Shown here piece by piece: positions 39,462-48,379 of a stretch of 64,000 nucleotides of DNA. Numbering within the stretch: position 1 is the first letter of the stretch; every line of letters starts with the position of its first letter. The notes under the pieces were generated by a model, which was not told the origin of the DNA, searched no databases, and worked only from the letters and a program-made list of their open reading frames with translations. This DNA comes from a virus: positions 1 to 64,000 of IMG/VR virus record IMGVR_UViG_3300007523_000008, one strand, 5' to 3'. Position numbers and translations under genes: made by a program.

Positions 39462-39823
39462 ATGTAATTTTTTGCGAAGCTCCGGGCCATCTTCCAACCC
39501 TCATTAGTTGGAACAAATCTGGCAATTGGAGACGCGGGCTTGTCGTTGTTTGAAAAGTGCGGGTTGAGTGGTGTTTGTTTTGAGAGTTTTTCGTAGTCGG
39601 ACTTTCTGTGCACCAACAACTTCGTCCCTTCATAGTTCGTGTAGTCTGGGTACTTTACTGACATTAAGATGAAGTCTCCACGAGTCTCACATTTTCCAAC
39701 AACAAAGTTGGATGGATTTGGTTTGGGCAACTGCTTTGGTTCGCAAGGTGCGAGGTCTCTATACCCATACCTAATAGGTTTAAAGTCGTAGGTTGATGAA
39801 CTGCCAAATAGTGATACGCCCAT
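39458..39823 (-). CDS. Hypothetical phage protein
   Basis: PNPSNF...VKYPDYTNYEG...PHFS...SPIARFVPTNEGW. Confidence 0.7.
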   Translation of the reverse strand: MGVSLFGSSSTYDFKPIRYGYRDLAPCEPKQLPKPNPSNFVVGKCETRGDFILMSVKYPDYTNYEGTKLLVHRKSDYEKLSKQTPLNPHFSNNDKPASPIARFVPTNEGWKMARSFAKNYI

Positions 39824-39833
39824 GTTTATAATT

Positions 39834-40769
39834 TTAGATTTCCAATCTTAACCGCATTATGCCTGTAAAGTCAAGATAATCCGTTTCTTTAATGAGTTGT
39901 GTAATTTTCCGAAATCCCATAGACCCAGCATCTCCATTTCGAACTTCGACAAGTTTAAGTTTCAAACCAACCGACAATAAAAAGTCTGCGATATCTAAAG
40001 ATAATTTTACAGCGTCGGGGTCTAAAATAAGATTAACCTCAGTCTGATTCTCCACCAGAACCATTTTTAATTTTTTGCTCAAATATGTTCCGAATAGTGG
40101 GCTTACATTTCGCTTGACAGCAATCGCATCAAGTGGTCCTTCTACCAAACTGACTGGATAATTAAAATCTATCATGTTTTCGAATCCAACGACATCCTTA
40201 GACACATCACAGTTATCATATTTTAGATAAACGTCGTCGTAATAACTACGGCCGGTGAAGAAGTTTAATCGATTATTCTTATCATAAGAAGGAAAAATTA
40301 TTCTGTCCTTGAAGCGACCCACCGTGCAATAACCCAAATTGTATTTTATAACATCGTGGGCTGTTATGCCACGCTTGATAGCATATCGGACAGCTTGTTT
40401 ATACTCTCTCGTGTCATCTTTTATCGTGAGAGATCGAAAGTCGGGAGGTAAATCCAATATCACTTCACTGGCTTCTACGTTCTCAGTTGGTTGGTATACT
40501 TCTTCTTTGAGTCCAAGTTTATCCAATTCTCGAAAAACGATGTCTTCAACGTTCATCTTCTTAAATAAATAGCGGACACCTTTTCCTTTGTTATGACAGA
40601 CCCAACAGTGCCACGCATACGGCGAATCTAAACACACTTCAAGCTTCCGTTTTCGGTGATGACAAAACGGACAGAAATATTGTAGGTTATTACCTTTTCT
40701 TAACCTACCAGGTTCTTTTAACACTCTGTCCAAGAGGCCCGTAAGTTCAGATTGAACTAATAATGACAT
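39834..40769 (-). CDS. DNA primase (CHC2-type Zn finger + Toprim)
   Basis: CPFCH...HCWVC, RIIFPSYD, FFTGRS, LVEGPLDAIA, LDPDA. Confidence 0.9.
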   Translation of the reverse strand: MSLLVQSELTGLLDRVLKEPGRLRKGNNLQYFCPFCHHRKRKLEVCLDSPYAWHCWVCHNKGKGVRYLFKKMNVEDIVFRELDKLGLKEEVYQPTENVEASEVILDLPPDFRSLTIKDDTREYKQAVRYAIKRGITAHDVIKYNLGYCTVGRFKDRIIFPSYDKNNRLNFFTGRSYYDDVYLKYDNCDVSKDVVGFENMIDFNYPVSLVEGPLDAIAVKRNVSPLFGTYLSKKLKMVLVENQTEVNLILDPDAVKLSLDIADFLLSVGLKLKLVEVRNGDAGSMGFRKITQLIKETDYLDFTGIMRLRLEI

Positions 40770-40775
40770 CAATAT

Positions 40776-40804
40776 AAGATACGTTATAACAAGTTCTCTG
40801 TCAA
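40776..40804 (-). promoter_or_regulatory. Sigma70-type promoter TTGACA-N17-TATCTT upstream of primase
   Basis: Perfect -35 box, 17-nt spacer; ATG 40769 falls at the expected start site. Confidence 0.65.
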
Positions 40805-40906
40805 CATATAATAAGGTGGCTGTTATAGTTCACGGCGTTAAACCGAAACTATATCACCACAATGTCACGGATTCCTCATAAACTCAACGCCAAAAGCGTT
40901 ATTGTC

Positions 40907-41413
40907 TCAAGGAATGGGGTTGTACAGTGATATGACTATCGAATCACGAACGTCTTCCATTCTTTTGTCTGGATTATTTTTCTTATTATAAACTGTCCAC
41001 GGGGTGAGGTCGTACATTTTATCCATCTTCATTTTTACAAATTCTTTTGGCTTGATTCCATCCAAACGAGCAGCACCCAAGACTTGCTTCCGTGCTGTCA
41101 TAGCTCCAACGAGATTTATTTTCTTTCCAAAAGCGTCTTCGAGAGCATATTCAAATATGGCATTCCACCGAGCAAGCATGACAACAACTGTCCGTGAAGA
41201 CGGCCCCGCAAAACCGCTTAAGGAGTCTTCTAAATTTATATTTTCAACAGTGTCTATGAGCGAATGGGCCTTCATCTTGTCAATGACAAGCTTTGCTTTT
41301 TCTCGATTCGGTTTAATATCGGATATATCGATAAAACCGGCATCCTTTATTTTCCCATCTTCCGAGAGCGCCCATCCGACTGTTGTAGTCGAAGCGTCAA
41401 ATCCTAGATTCAT
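40907..41413 (-). CDS. RuvC-like Holliday junction resolvase
   Basis: LGFDASTTTVGW, INLED, ARK, EDVRDSIVI (RNase H-fold acidic residues). Confidence 0.75.
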   Translation of the reverse strand: MNLGFDASTTTVGWALSEDGKIKDAGFIDISDIKPNREKAKLVIDKMKAHSLIDTVENINLEDSLSGFAGPSSRTVVVMLARWNAIFEYALEDAFGKKINLVGAMTARKQVLGAARLDGIKPKEFVKMKMDKMYDLTPWTVYNKKNNPDKRMEDVRDSIVISLYNPIP

Positions 41414-41416
41414 TTA

Positions 41417-41764
41417 TTATCCTTTATACTTCTCCGTCTTCAATTTGTAGTGTCTAGCAGCGTAATCCAGAGCGGCTGGCTGATATGATGTCACTCCGCG
41501 TTGAGCGAAAGTACGAAATTCTTTTTGAGCGGTATTTGGACTGTCTATCATGTTGGTTGCGGCCAAACCTGGCGTTCCAGCATTTTTAGCGCCTCTTCCA
41601 AAATCCTTCCCACCATTGTATCGGGACTCGATTGAACCACCTGCCGCATACGTTCCTGGACCAGCCTTGGTGGCTCCTTGACCGAAGCTTCCGCCTGCAC
41701 CATATTTCTGTTCGATTGATGTGGTGAGCGATGCTCTGTCAATTGGTTGTAGTGGGTCTGCCAT
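41417..41764 (-). CDS. Small Gly-rich hypothetical protein with an internal duplication
   Basis: SIEQKYGAGGSFGQGATKAG and SIESRYNGGKDFGRGAKNAG; GGAG RBS and upstream ATATTTATA. Confidence 0.7.
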   Translation of the reverse strand: MADPLQPIDRASLTTSIEQKYGAGGSFGQGATKAGPGTYAAGGSIESRYNGGKDFGRGAKNAGTPGLAATNMIDSPNTAQKEFRTFAQRGVTSYQPAALDYAARHYKLKTEKYKG

Positions 41765-41795
41765 GTGTTATTCTCCTATGACTATAAATATAATG

Positions 41796-44700
41796 TTATG
41801 TATCAAAACGGACAATTATATTCACCGGCCAATCAATCAAATTCTTAATTGGGTTGCCTAATTTTCCCACCATGAGGAGTTGGCCCGCGTTGTTGTATAG
41901 ACCAATGGTTGTGATATAAGGTGCCAGATAAGAACCAGTTGGGTCAAACGAAGACGATTCTATGTAACTTGAAAAATTAACATCAATGTCAGATTTCCTA
42001 TTTCCAGAATATACATCGATGTGATTTTTTATATCCTTGTAGTATCTCCTTGTTGAATCTGTGGTAATTAGAGTGGCTAATTTAGCTTCATTTAGAGTGT
42101 TGAGATAGTAATTTAAAAGGAGGGCCCCGTCGAGGATATCTATGATTCCGTTTCCGTCTATATCCATTATTCCTGTATCAATCAAATTGGATTTGATATA
42201 ATCGTAGATTCCTTCGGTTAGGATATCGTCGAATGTAGTAACCGCCGTTCCGGCAACTCCCGCCAAGGTTTCCAGATACAACACGTCCTCCGATTCTGTT
42301 TGGAGAATGTCATTATTCCACCAACTCTCATCCTTCAACGTATCTTGTTCCAAGACATATCCGTTATCATCCGTATCTGTGGCTGTGTAGAATCTCTGTT
42401 TATTTAAAAACCTTAAAATTAAATCAATGTCCTGCATGTCAAACACGCCGTCTTGGTTTACATCGAATACGGTTGGGTATTGTGCCAATGATGCTGGATT
42501 TGTAGAGTAATTAAATTCTGACGGCGACACATTGACTAAATATTCGTGTTCGTATATTGTGTGGGTTCCCTTATATTCTAGTGAGAAACCTCGGGACCCG
42601 GTACCAGTCATTATAGTTTGATAGTTGGCATCGTCGGATGTTATTACTATCTGTCCGTTTTTGTAGAAAACATTTCCTATCTTTGGATTTCTTTCGAGTC
42701 TCTCAATGTCGTAAACATAAGCAGCCCCATGGATACTAGCTGAAACCAATGAGCCGGACGCCTCAAAATAGTCGAGAGTTCCTGTGTCAACTGGGTAGTT
42801 AAAAATCGGGCTGCCGACCACCAAGAACATTGAGCCGGATGAAGCATCGGATAGCGCTGTCGAATAACCGTAGTTATAATATGGCATCTCTTTCTCCTTG
42901 ACGCGCTTTATAGTCTGTGCTAAATCCCAACCCATTTCTCCAACATTATAACTGTAAATAGATACCCTACCTAAAACAGTTGATTGGTCAGACGAACTTG
43001 TAGAATATGTTTGCCAGTTTTCTATATCAAAATTACCACCGCTAAACGAAGCTGTGTAACTGAGTTTATCCGCTGAGTACCCAACAGAAGCGTATCCGTT
43101 ACTCACTGAGACACTTCTGGCAAAATTGTTATTCAAAGTCACCGAACGGTCTCCGAATGTTTTGTCTCTCAACGCACAGTCATAAATTCCACACGATGTG
43201 TCTGTATCGAAACTGTAGAAATAAACTGCCCCCAAAGACTGGGTTACTTGGGCTCCAATGAAAGGTACAAATCCCTTGTCATATGGTGAGCAAATTGCTA
43301 AATGGTTCCCATCAATCGAAACGTTATATCCAAACCCATCTGTGTAAATTGGAACCTCCAAGAAATTGAATGGGTGGGTGGCATCTAAGTCAGAGTAATC
43401 TTCGTTGCTGGTAAAGGTCTTGTACAAATCCCAAGAAGCGGTTGGGCATGTATCCGTGGTATATGATGCGGTGAACAGTACAGCGTAACCCGAACCACTG
43501 GTTATGTGTGTGCCGACTAACAACCGACCGTCACTTATGGATACGGAATATCCAAATTGAGAATCTGCGACACTCGACGTGATGATAGTTTCAAGCTCCC
43601 AACTAAAATTTCCAGATACAAAATATGGTGCACCTTCTTCTCCATACACTTCGAATAAACTCCCCGATTCAGTAACTATGATCGAACAAGAACCGCTTTC
43701 AGATGAAATTTTTTGCCAGAACGATGAAGTTGGTATGCTCATACAACTACCACTACCATATTGCTTTTGTCTAAAAATGTAAACTGAGCCAGAATTCGAA
43801 TCGGCGCCTGGCGCTCCCACGGCTAAAATTCCCCTATCGTGCGCGGCGGATGCTCCAAATTGGTCCGACGACCCCGAACCTTCTAAAATATTTATAAGCC
43901 CCCAGTGGTCAGCTCCACCCTTGTATTTATCGTAAATATAAACCATTCCGGAACCAGACTGTTCAGAGATACACCCGTCTTCGGTTGGAGAACCAATCAC
44001 AACAAAATCATCCCTCACGGAGACCGCGTATCCAAATCCATCTTGATAGCTTGAAGTAAAGCCGGCGCGGTTGGAAATAAAAGGTGAACGAAACGTTTTA
44101 ATCAATCTATGACGACTCTCATTGGTATCGTATTTGTAGACATCGGCTCGGCCATTTTTAACGTAGGCTGATGTATTTGTGTCTGTTGGGGAGCCGACCA
44201 AAACATACTTATACCACGAAGACACAGAGTAACCAAATCTTTCATTTTCAGAATGGTATTCCGGTATACTTACCGACGCAGACCATGATCCCACACCTTC
44301 AACGTAGTCGATTAAACCGCCAGCGTTTTTGATTGTTTGAGCTTGAGCGTACGTGACTAGATTCTCCCTGTAATAAAACTCTCCCGAACCCGTGACCCAA
44401 TATGAAGCGGTCTCGCCGTTATACGGTAATAACACATCAGTCGTTGGAAAGAAACTACCACTGGAATATAGATTTGTAAATCCGTCATCGCGCACAACAA
44501 TACTTTCGTGTTGGTTACTATTATCCTCCAATCGGATTGTACCAGGAACTATTTTGTCGCCCCAGTAGTTTCGTGAAATCCGTCCAACCATAACTCTATC
44601 GTTGATTAGTCGGATTTCTTTTTCCTTAGTAATAGGATCTTCACCGACAAACTCAACACCGAATTGGTTCATCGGGTTATTAATGTTTCTATAGAACAGT

Positions 44701-44960
44701 GAGTCAACCGCTGAATAGGTATTTCTCTTGTATTCACCTGATACATTTACCGGCTCGACCGAGGAATCGTATAGTGAACTTCCCGTTGGATAAAAATTTC
44801 CTGAGATATTTAGTCCCTCATTAACCGTCATCTTATCCTCAAAATATGTAGAATCTCCATAGGAGTCCACACTTGAGCTATCAATACTTTGGATTGTCCA
44901 ATTTTTGTGAGTACGGAATGGCCTAACGGTGATGTCGCTTTTTGAGAATTTTTTGTGCAT
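41796..44960 (-). CDS. Baseplate/fibre-attachment structural protein with an FG-GAP beta-propeller and dockerin/EF-hand-like motifs
   Basis: About seven FG(Y/A)SVS...VG(S/A)P...G.VY repeats; DVNQDGVFDMQD and DIDGNGIIDILD; C-terminal YITTIGLYN...VGKLGNPIK. Confidence 0.75.
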   Translation of the reverse strand: MHKKFSKSDITVRPFRTHKNWTIQSIDSSSVDSYGDSTYFEDKMTVNEGLNISGNFYPTGSSLYDSSVEPVNVSGEYKRNTYSAVDSLFYRNINNPMNQFGVEFVGEDPITKEKEIRLINDRVMVGRISRNYWGDKIVPGTIRLEDNSNQHESIVVRDDGFTNLYSSGSFFPTTDVLLPYNGETASYWVTGSGEFYYRENLVTYAQAQTIKNAGGLIDYVEGVGSWSASVSIPEYHSENERFGYSVSSWYKYVLVGSPTDTNTSAYVKNGRADVYKYDTNESRHRLIKTFRSPFISNRAGFTSSYQDGFGYAVSVRDDFVVIGSPTEDGCISEQSGSGMVYIYDKYKGGADHWGLINILEGSGSSDQFGASAAHDRGILAVGAPGADSNSGSVYIFRQKQYGSGSCMSIPTSSFWQKISSESGSCSIIVTESGSLFEVYGEEGAPYFVSGNFSWELETIITSSVADSQFGYSVSISDGRLLVGTHITSGSGYAVLFTASYTTDTCPTASWDLYKTFTSNEDYSDLDATHPFNFLEVPIYTDGFGYNVSIDGNHLAICSPYDKGFVPFIGAQVTQSLGAVYFYSFDTDTSCGIYDCALRDKTFGDRSVTLNNNFARSVSVSNGYASVGYSADKLSYTASFSGGNFDIENWQTYSTSSSDQSTVLGRVSIYSYNVGEMGWDLAQTIKRVKEKEMPYYNYGYSTALSDASSGSMFLVVGSPIFNYPVDTGTLDYFEASGSLVSASIHGAAYVYDIERLERNPKIGNVFYKNGQIVITSDDANYQTIMTGTGSRGFSLEYKGTHTIYEHEYLVNVSPSEFNYSTNPASLAQYPTVFDVNQDGVFDMQDIDLILRFLNKQRFYTATDTDDNGYVLEQDTLKDESWWNNDILQTESEDVLYLETLAGVAGTAVTTFDDILTEGIYDYIKSNLIDTGIMDIDGNGIIDILDGALLLNYYLNTLNEAKLATLITTDSTRRYYKDIKNHIDVYSGNRKSDIDVNFSSYIESSSFDPTGSYLAPYITTIGLYNNAGQLLMVGKLGNPIKNLIDWPVNIIVRFDT

Positions 44961-44986
44961 CACCTATAAATATTGACCATGATGAG

Positions 44987-45817
44987 TTATTCTGACTCCA
45001 AAATGATGACTTCTCTTAGTCTGTTCTTAACAACGCTGATATCTTTTTTAATATCCGCCTCCCACATACGAATAATCTTATACCCTCTATTTTTCGCCAT
45101 TATTTCTTTTAGCGAGTCCTTAATCCTAGTTTTTTCAGCTCCCCGAAAATGACTCTTAGTGTTGGGATTTCCGTGCCAATAATCACCATCAACTTCGATA
45201 ATAATTGGTTTATTCTTAATTTTGAAATCATAAGCTCCAACTTCATTTCCTTCCGATATAAAAAATTGATATGTATATTTCAATCCAAGTCGGTCAAGCT
45301 CGTCAGCGACCCGCTTTTCGAGCTTGTTCATACTATGTCCAATGGAAAACATCTTTTTTCTGGACTCAACGGTGTGTTTTTTTCCGAACATTGGATTGTT
45401 TTTTCCTTTAGAATACCCCTTTTCGATTCTTGTTTTTGACATTTTTTCTCTAACTTCTTTTCTTTTTGAAGAATTATTTTCACCCATATTTTCTGGTCGT
45501 GGGTGACTATTGGCAATTCCTATTTTTCTTTTAGATTCATCACTCATTTGGAATCCAAAATGAGGAGACTTCTCCCCAGTCCAAGTTTTTCTTAACTTAG
45601 CTAAACATGTTCTCGAACATGTTCTTCCTTTTTTTCCCTGAGCCTTGGTGACAGTTCCACACACCTCACATTCCGTCCAACCAAACTGTCTAAAATCATC
45701 AAGATTATTTCTTACATAGTCGTTAAAGTTTACACCATGATGCGCTCTCAGGTGTATAGATATTATCTTCGGAAGAACGGATTGATTACATAATTTGCAT
45801 GTTATATTCACGCTCAT
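44987..45817 (-). CDS. Homing endonuclease-like protein (Zn fingers, NUMOD3 repeats, Vsr/DUF559 nuclease)
   Basis: CKLC...HLRAHH, MSDESKRKI, NPMFGKKHTVESRKKM, YDFKI...IEVDGDYWHG, RMWE. Confidence 0.85.
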   Translation of the reverse strand: MSVNITCKLCNQSVLPKIISIHLRAHHGVNFNDYVRNNLDDFRQFGWTECEVCGTVTKAQGKKGRTCSRTCLAKLRKTWTGEKSPHFGFQMSDESKRKIGIANSHPRPENMGENNSSKRKEVREKMSKTRIEKGYSKGKNNPMFGKKHTVESRKKMFSIGHSMNKLEKRVADELDRLGLKYTYQFFISEGNEVGAYDFKIKNKPIIIEVDGDYWHGNPNTKSHFRGAEKTRIKDSLKEIMAKNRGYKIIRMWEADIKKDISVVKNRLREVIILESE

Positions 45818-45870
45818 AAATATAAACAAGACTGCAAAATGCGCCGTCTAATCGAATTTTAATTAAATCC

Positions 45871-46986
45871 TCAAGTATCGAGGCGAATTTTAATTAGCGT
45901 TTCGTTAGAAAAGTTCTTCAACGCTGGTTGGCTGAGCTTTGCAACGGCTACAAGATCATTATTCTCATTATACAATCCGACTGTGGTAATATATACCTGA
46001 GGGTCGTTCGTGAAATCTGTGAACCGAAGTTTTCCAACATCACCAGAATCAACAGAGCCCGCATCTGCCTCCGATTGGGCGTATACAAAAGAAGGGTTAT
46101 TGGAATAATTGAATTCTTGATTCTTGACACGAACAAAATAGTGACGGGCTGGTACATACTCAGTAACTCTAGCCTGCAATGAGCCACTGTGGTTATTGAT
46201 GATAGCATTGGCGAGACGTTGGTGCATCAGTGAGTAGTTAGTGTTAGATGCGCCAGGTGTACCTAGTGAAAGTCCGCCCACAGTACCGACAATCGAACTG
46301 ATTACAGTTGGGTTCAATATTACAACCCCAAGGTCCGGATACATCGACCCAGCACCAGAATAAACAACCTGACTGAGTGAATCGATTACTGCACCGTCAG
46401 CAAGGCTTCCGGATACTACATTGAACCGTTTACCGCCCGCGGTTCCGTCCGGCGTAGTGTTATACCTAGAATCATCCACAAAAGTAAATGTTCCATTAGC
46501 ACCGGTCAGTTTTAGTTCAAATTGGCCCGGATCGAGTCTGTCTTTAACTTTAGAACTAGCAAAGTTTAAAGCGTAGATGTCCGGTGAATTGTATTCTGAT
46601 AAAGAAGAACCGGTGTAAAATGTGAACAGTTGGTCGTCCGGAATCAATAGAAAATTACGATATTGATTGTAGATTGCTTGGGTTGGTTTTAGAAGACTTC
46701 CTGTTGAAGTTGATAGGTCGAGGTCAGATGAACCAGACGCAGCGTAGTGGCCGTATGCTACTGACAAGTAAACTTCCGATGAAGCCGAACCGGTGACATC
46801 GTCGTATAGGTTAATATAGTAGAGTCCATTTAGTGGATCGAAAGCAGATGAGCCGGTTATACGTGCTTGGGTACTTGAAGTAAAGAATGTGGTCCATGAG
46901 GATACGCCACCGGAGAACATACCAGTAGAAACTTGTTGAACTCTTCCGGCTACTACATCTGTTGAATCGAAGTTTTTAAAAATCAT
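45871..46986 (-). CDS. Baseplate/tail structural protein (shares its C-terminal domain with 41796-44960)
   Basis: EFNYSNNPS...YITTVGLYNENNDLVAVAKLSQP...IRLDT. Confidence 0.7.
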   Translation of the reverse strand: MIFKNFDSTDVVAGRVQQVSTGMFSGGVSSWTTFFTSSTQARITGSSAFDPLNGLYYINLYDDVTGSASSEVYLSVAYGHYAASGSSDLDLSTSTGSLLKPTQAIYNQYRNFLLIPDDQLFTFYTGSSLSEYNSPDIYALNFASSKVKDRLDPGQFELKLTGANGTFTFVDDSRYNTTPDGTAGGKRFNVVSGSLADGAVIDSLSQVVYSGAGSMYPDLGVVILNPTVISSIVGTVGGLSLGTPGASNTNYSLMHQRLANAIINNHSGSLQARVTEYVPARHYFVRVKNQEFNYSNNPSFVYAQSEADAGSVDSGDVGKLRFTDFTNDPQVYITTVGLYNENNDLVAVAKLSQPALKNFSNETLIKIRLDT

Positions 46987-46993
46987 AACGAAA

Positions 46994-47620
46994 TTACTTT
47001 ACAGTGACGGTTACTGGGATAGAAACCGAACCACCACTCTCATTACCAATAACCGTCAACCTTGTTGTAGTCGTGGTGGTGAGCGATGCGTTTGGAACAA
47101 ATCGGAAACGGAGTCCTAGAGAAACTTGAGCGGTTGTGGATGTTATGTCACCGATAAAGGTTGGAATAGTAGCGTTAACGGTACTTTGTAATTGCTCACC
47201 GATGATTGTCCCAACATTCTTATTGGACAAGATAGCGGTGTATCCAGTGGTTGTATTGTAGAGAGGATTTGTTGAAGGGACGATGACGACTTCACCCTTG
47301 TAATCAGACGTAACATTGATGCTGGTTTGACCAAGGCTGATAACAGGAATAGCCGATACTCCAGCTGGTAGAGTGACGAGCTTATATTTCAATACTTGTG
47401 TTTCATCCGTAAATGCTTCCATGATTGGAGTATTACGTATCGCCAAATCATAAAAACCAGAGCCTTGTGGGTGATTTGGTTGGTATAGTTTATAATCAAT
47501 CTCGTCATCGGATAGCGCGAATGATGTGATGTTTAATCCACCCTGCGTAGCGAGAAGTTCACGACCCTTTTTGGTCAAAACAGCATCGACAGTAACGGTT
47601 TGATTGTTCAGATAGCTCAT
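46994..47620 (-). CDS. Probable baseplate/tail structural protein
   Basis: DAVLTKKGRELLA...ITSFALSDDEIDY; Ig-like C-terminus. Confidence 0.7.
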   Translation of the reverse strand: MSYLNNQTVTVDAVLTKKGRELLATQGGLNITSFALSDDEIDYKLYQPNHPQGSGFYDLAIRNTPIMEAFTDETQVLKYKLVTLPAGVSAIPVISLGQTSINVTSDYKGEVVIVPSTNPLYNTTTGYTAILSNKNVGTIIGEQLQSTVNATIPTFIGDITSTTAQVSLGLRFRFVPNASLTTTTTTRLTVIGNESGGSVSIPVTVTVK

Positions 47621-48378
47621 ATTTTTTGTGGTTTGTTTACAAGTTTATTTAAAAATCGACCCATTGAGGATGGTGTTACTCCATATTTAACCGATAATTG
47701 TTTTTTGTTCATCTTTCCCAATAAATATAGTTCTTTAATGGTTTCTGTCTCACTTTTAGGTATTTTGTTTTTCTTGTGAATACCATTTTTAATAGACCGC
47801 CCAACACCCTCAGAGATTCTAAAACGCTCCTCAGTAGTAAATTTTTTATCAGAGCGTAATTTACCCGCAGAAATACACAAACTGTGTTGTTTTGTATATA
47901 TTCTTCCAACATTCGCCAGTTGAGCCAACTTTATATTCTGGTAAGAACTCGGTCTACCAACCATCTTCACCCGCGTTGTCACCAAATGGGGCCGCTTCTT
48001 TCCAAAATGCGGGCTGTCAACCCCTTTAAATTTTCCAAACTTCGAATTGCTAATTTTTTTCTTTGTTTCATCGGACAATCTACCATGACTACCAGCTCCC
48101 CGAATGTTATATCCCCTTTTTATAGAATCTTTTTGAAACATCCAATATGACTCCCTAGCATCTAACTCAGATTGTGGACATGTTGTTTCTTCCAATATCA
48201 CTTTTTCAAAATTATCATATCCATATTTTTTAAGAGCGTTGTATAATTTTACTTGAGATTTACATTGTAAGTTGGAATAGGCCGTTCTCCACCGCTTACA
48301 TATATCCCAACTTTGACCAACATACCACTCATCCGATTTTAGCACATTTCTCAAACCATATATTCCAGAAATTCTCAT
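47617..48378 (-). CDS. GIY-YIG homing endonuclease (Seg-like) with NUMOD3
   Basis: GIYGLRN...YVGQS...R, KYGYDNF, E...GYN, LSDETKKKIS, C-terminal HTH-like segment. Confidence 0.9.
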   Translation of the reverse strand: MRISGIYGLRNVLKSDEWYVGQSWDICKRWRTAYSNLQCKSQVKLYNALKKYGYDNFEKVILEETTCPQSELDARESYWMFQKDSIKRGYNIRGAGSHGRLSDETKKKISNSKFGKFKGVDSPHFGKKRPHLVTTRVKMVGRPSSYQNIKLAQLANVGRIYTKQHSLCISAGKLRSDKKFTTEERFRISEGVGRSIKNGIHKKNKIPKSETETIKELYLLGKMNKKQLSVKYGVTPSSMGRFLNKLVNKPQKI

Positions 48379-48379
48379 T

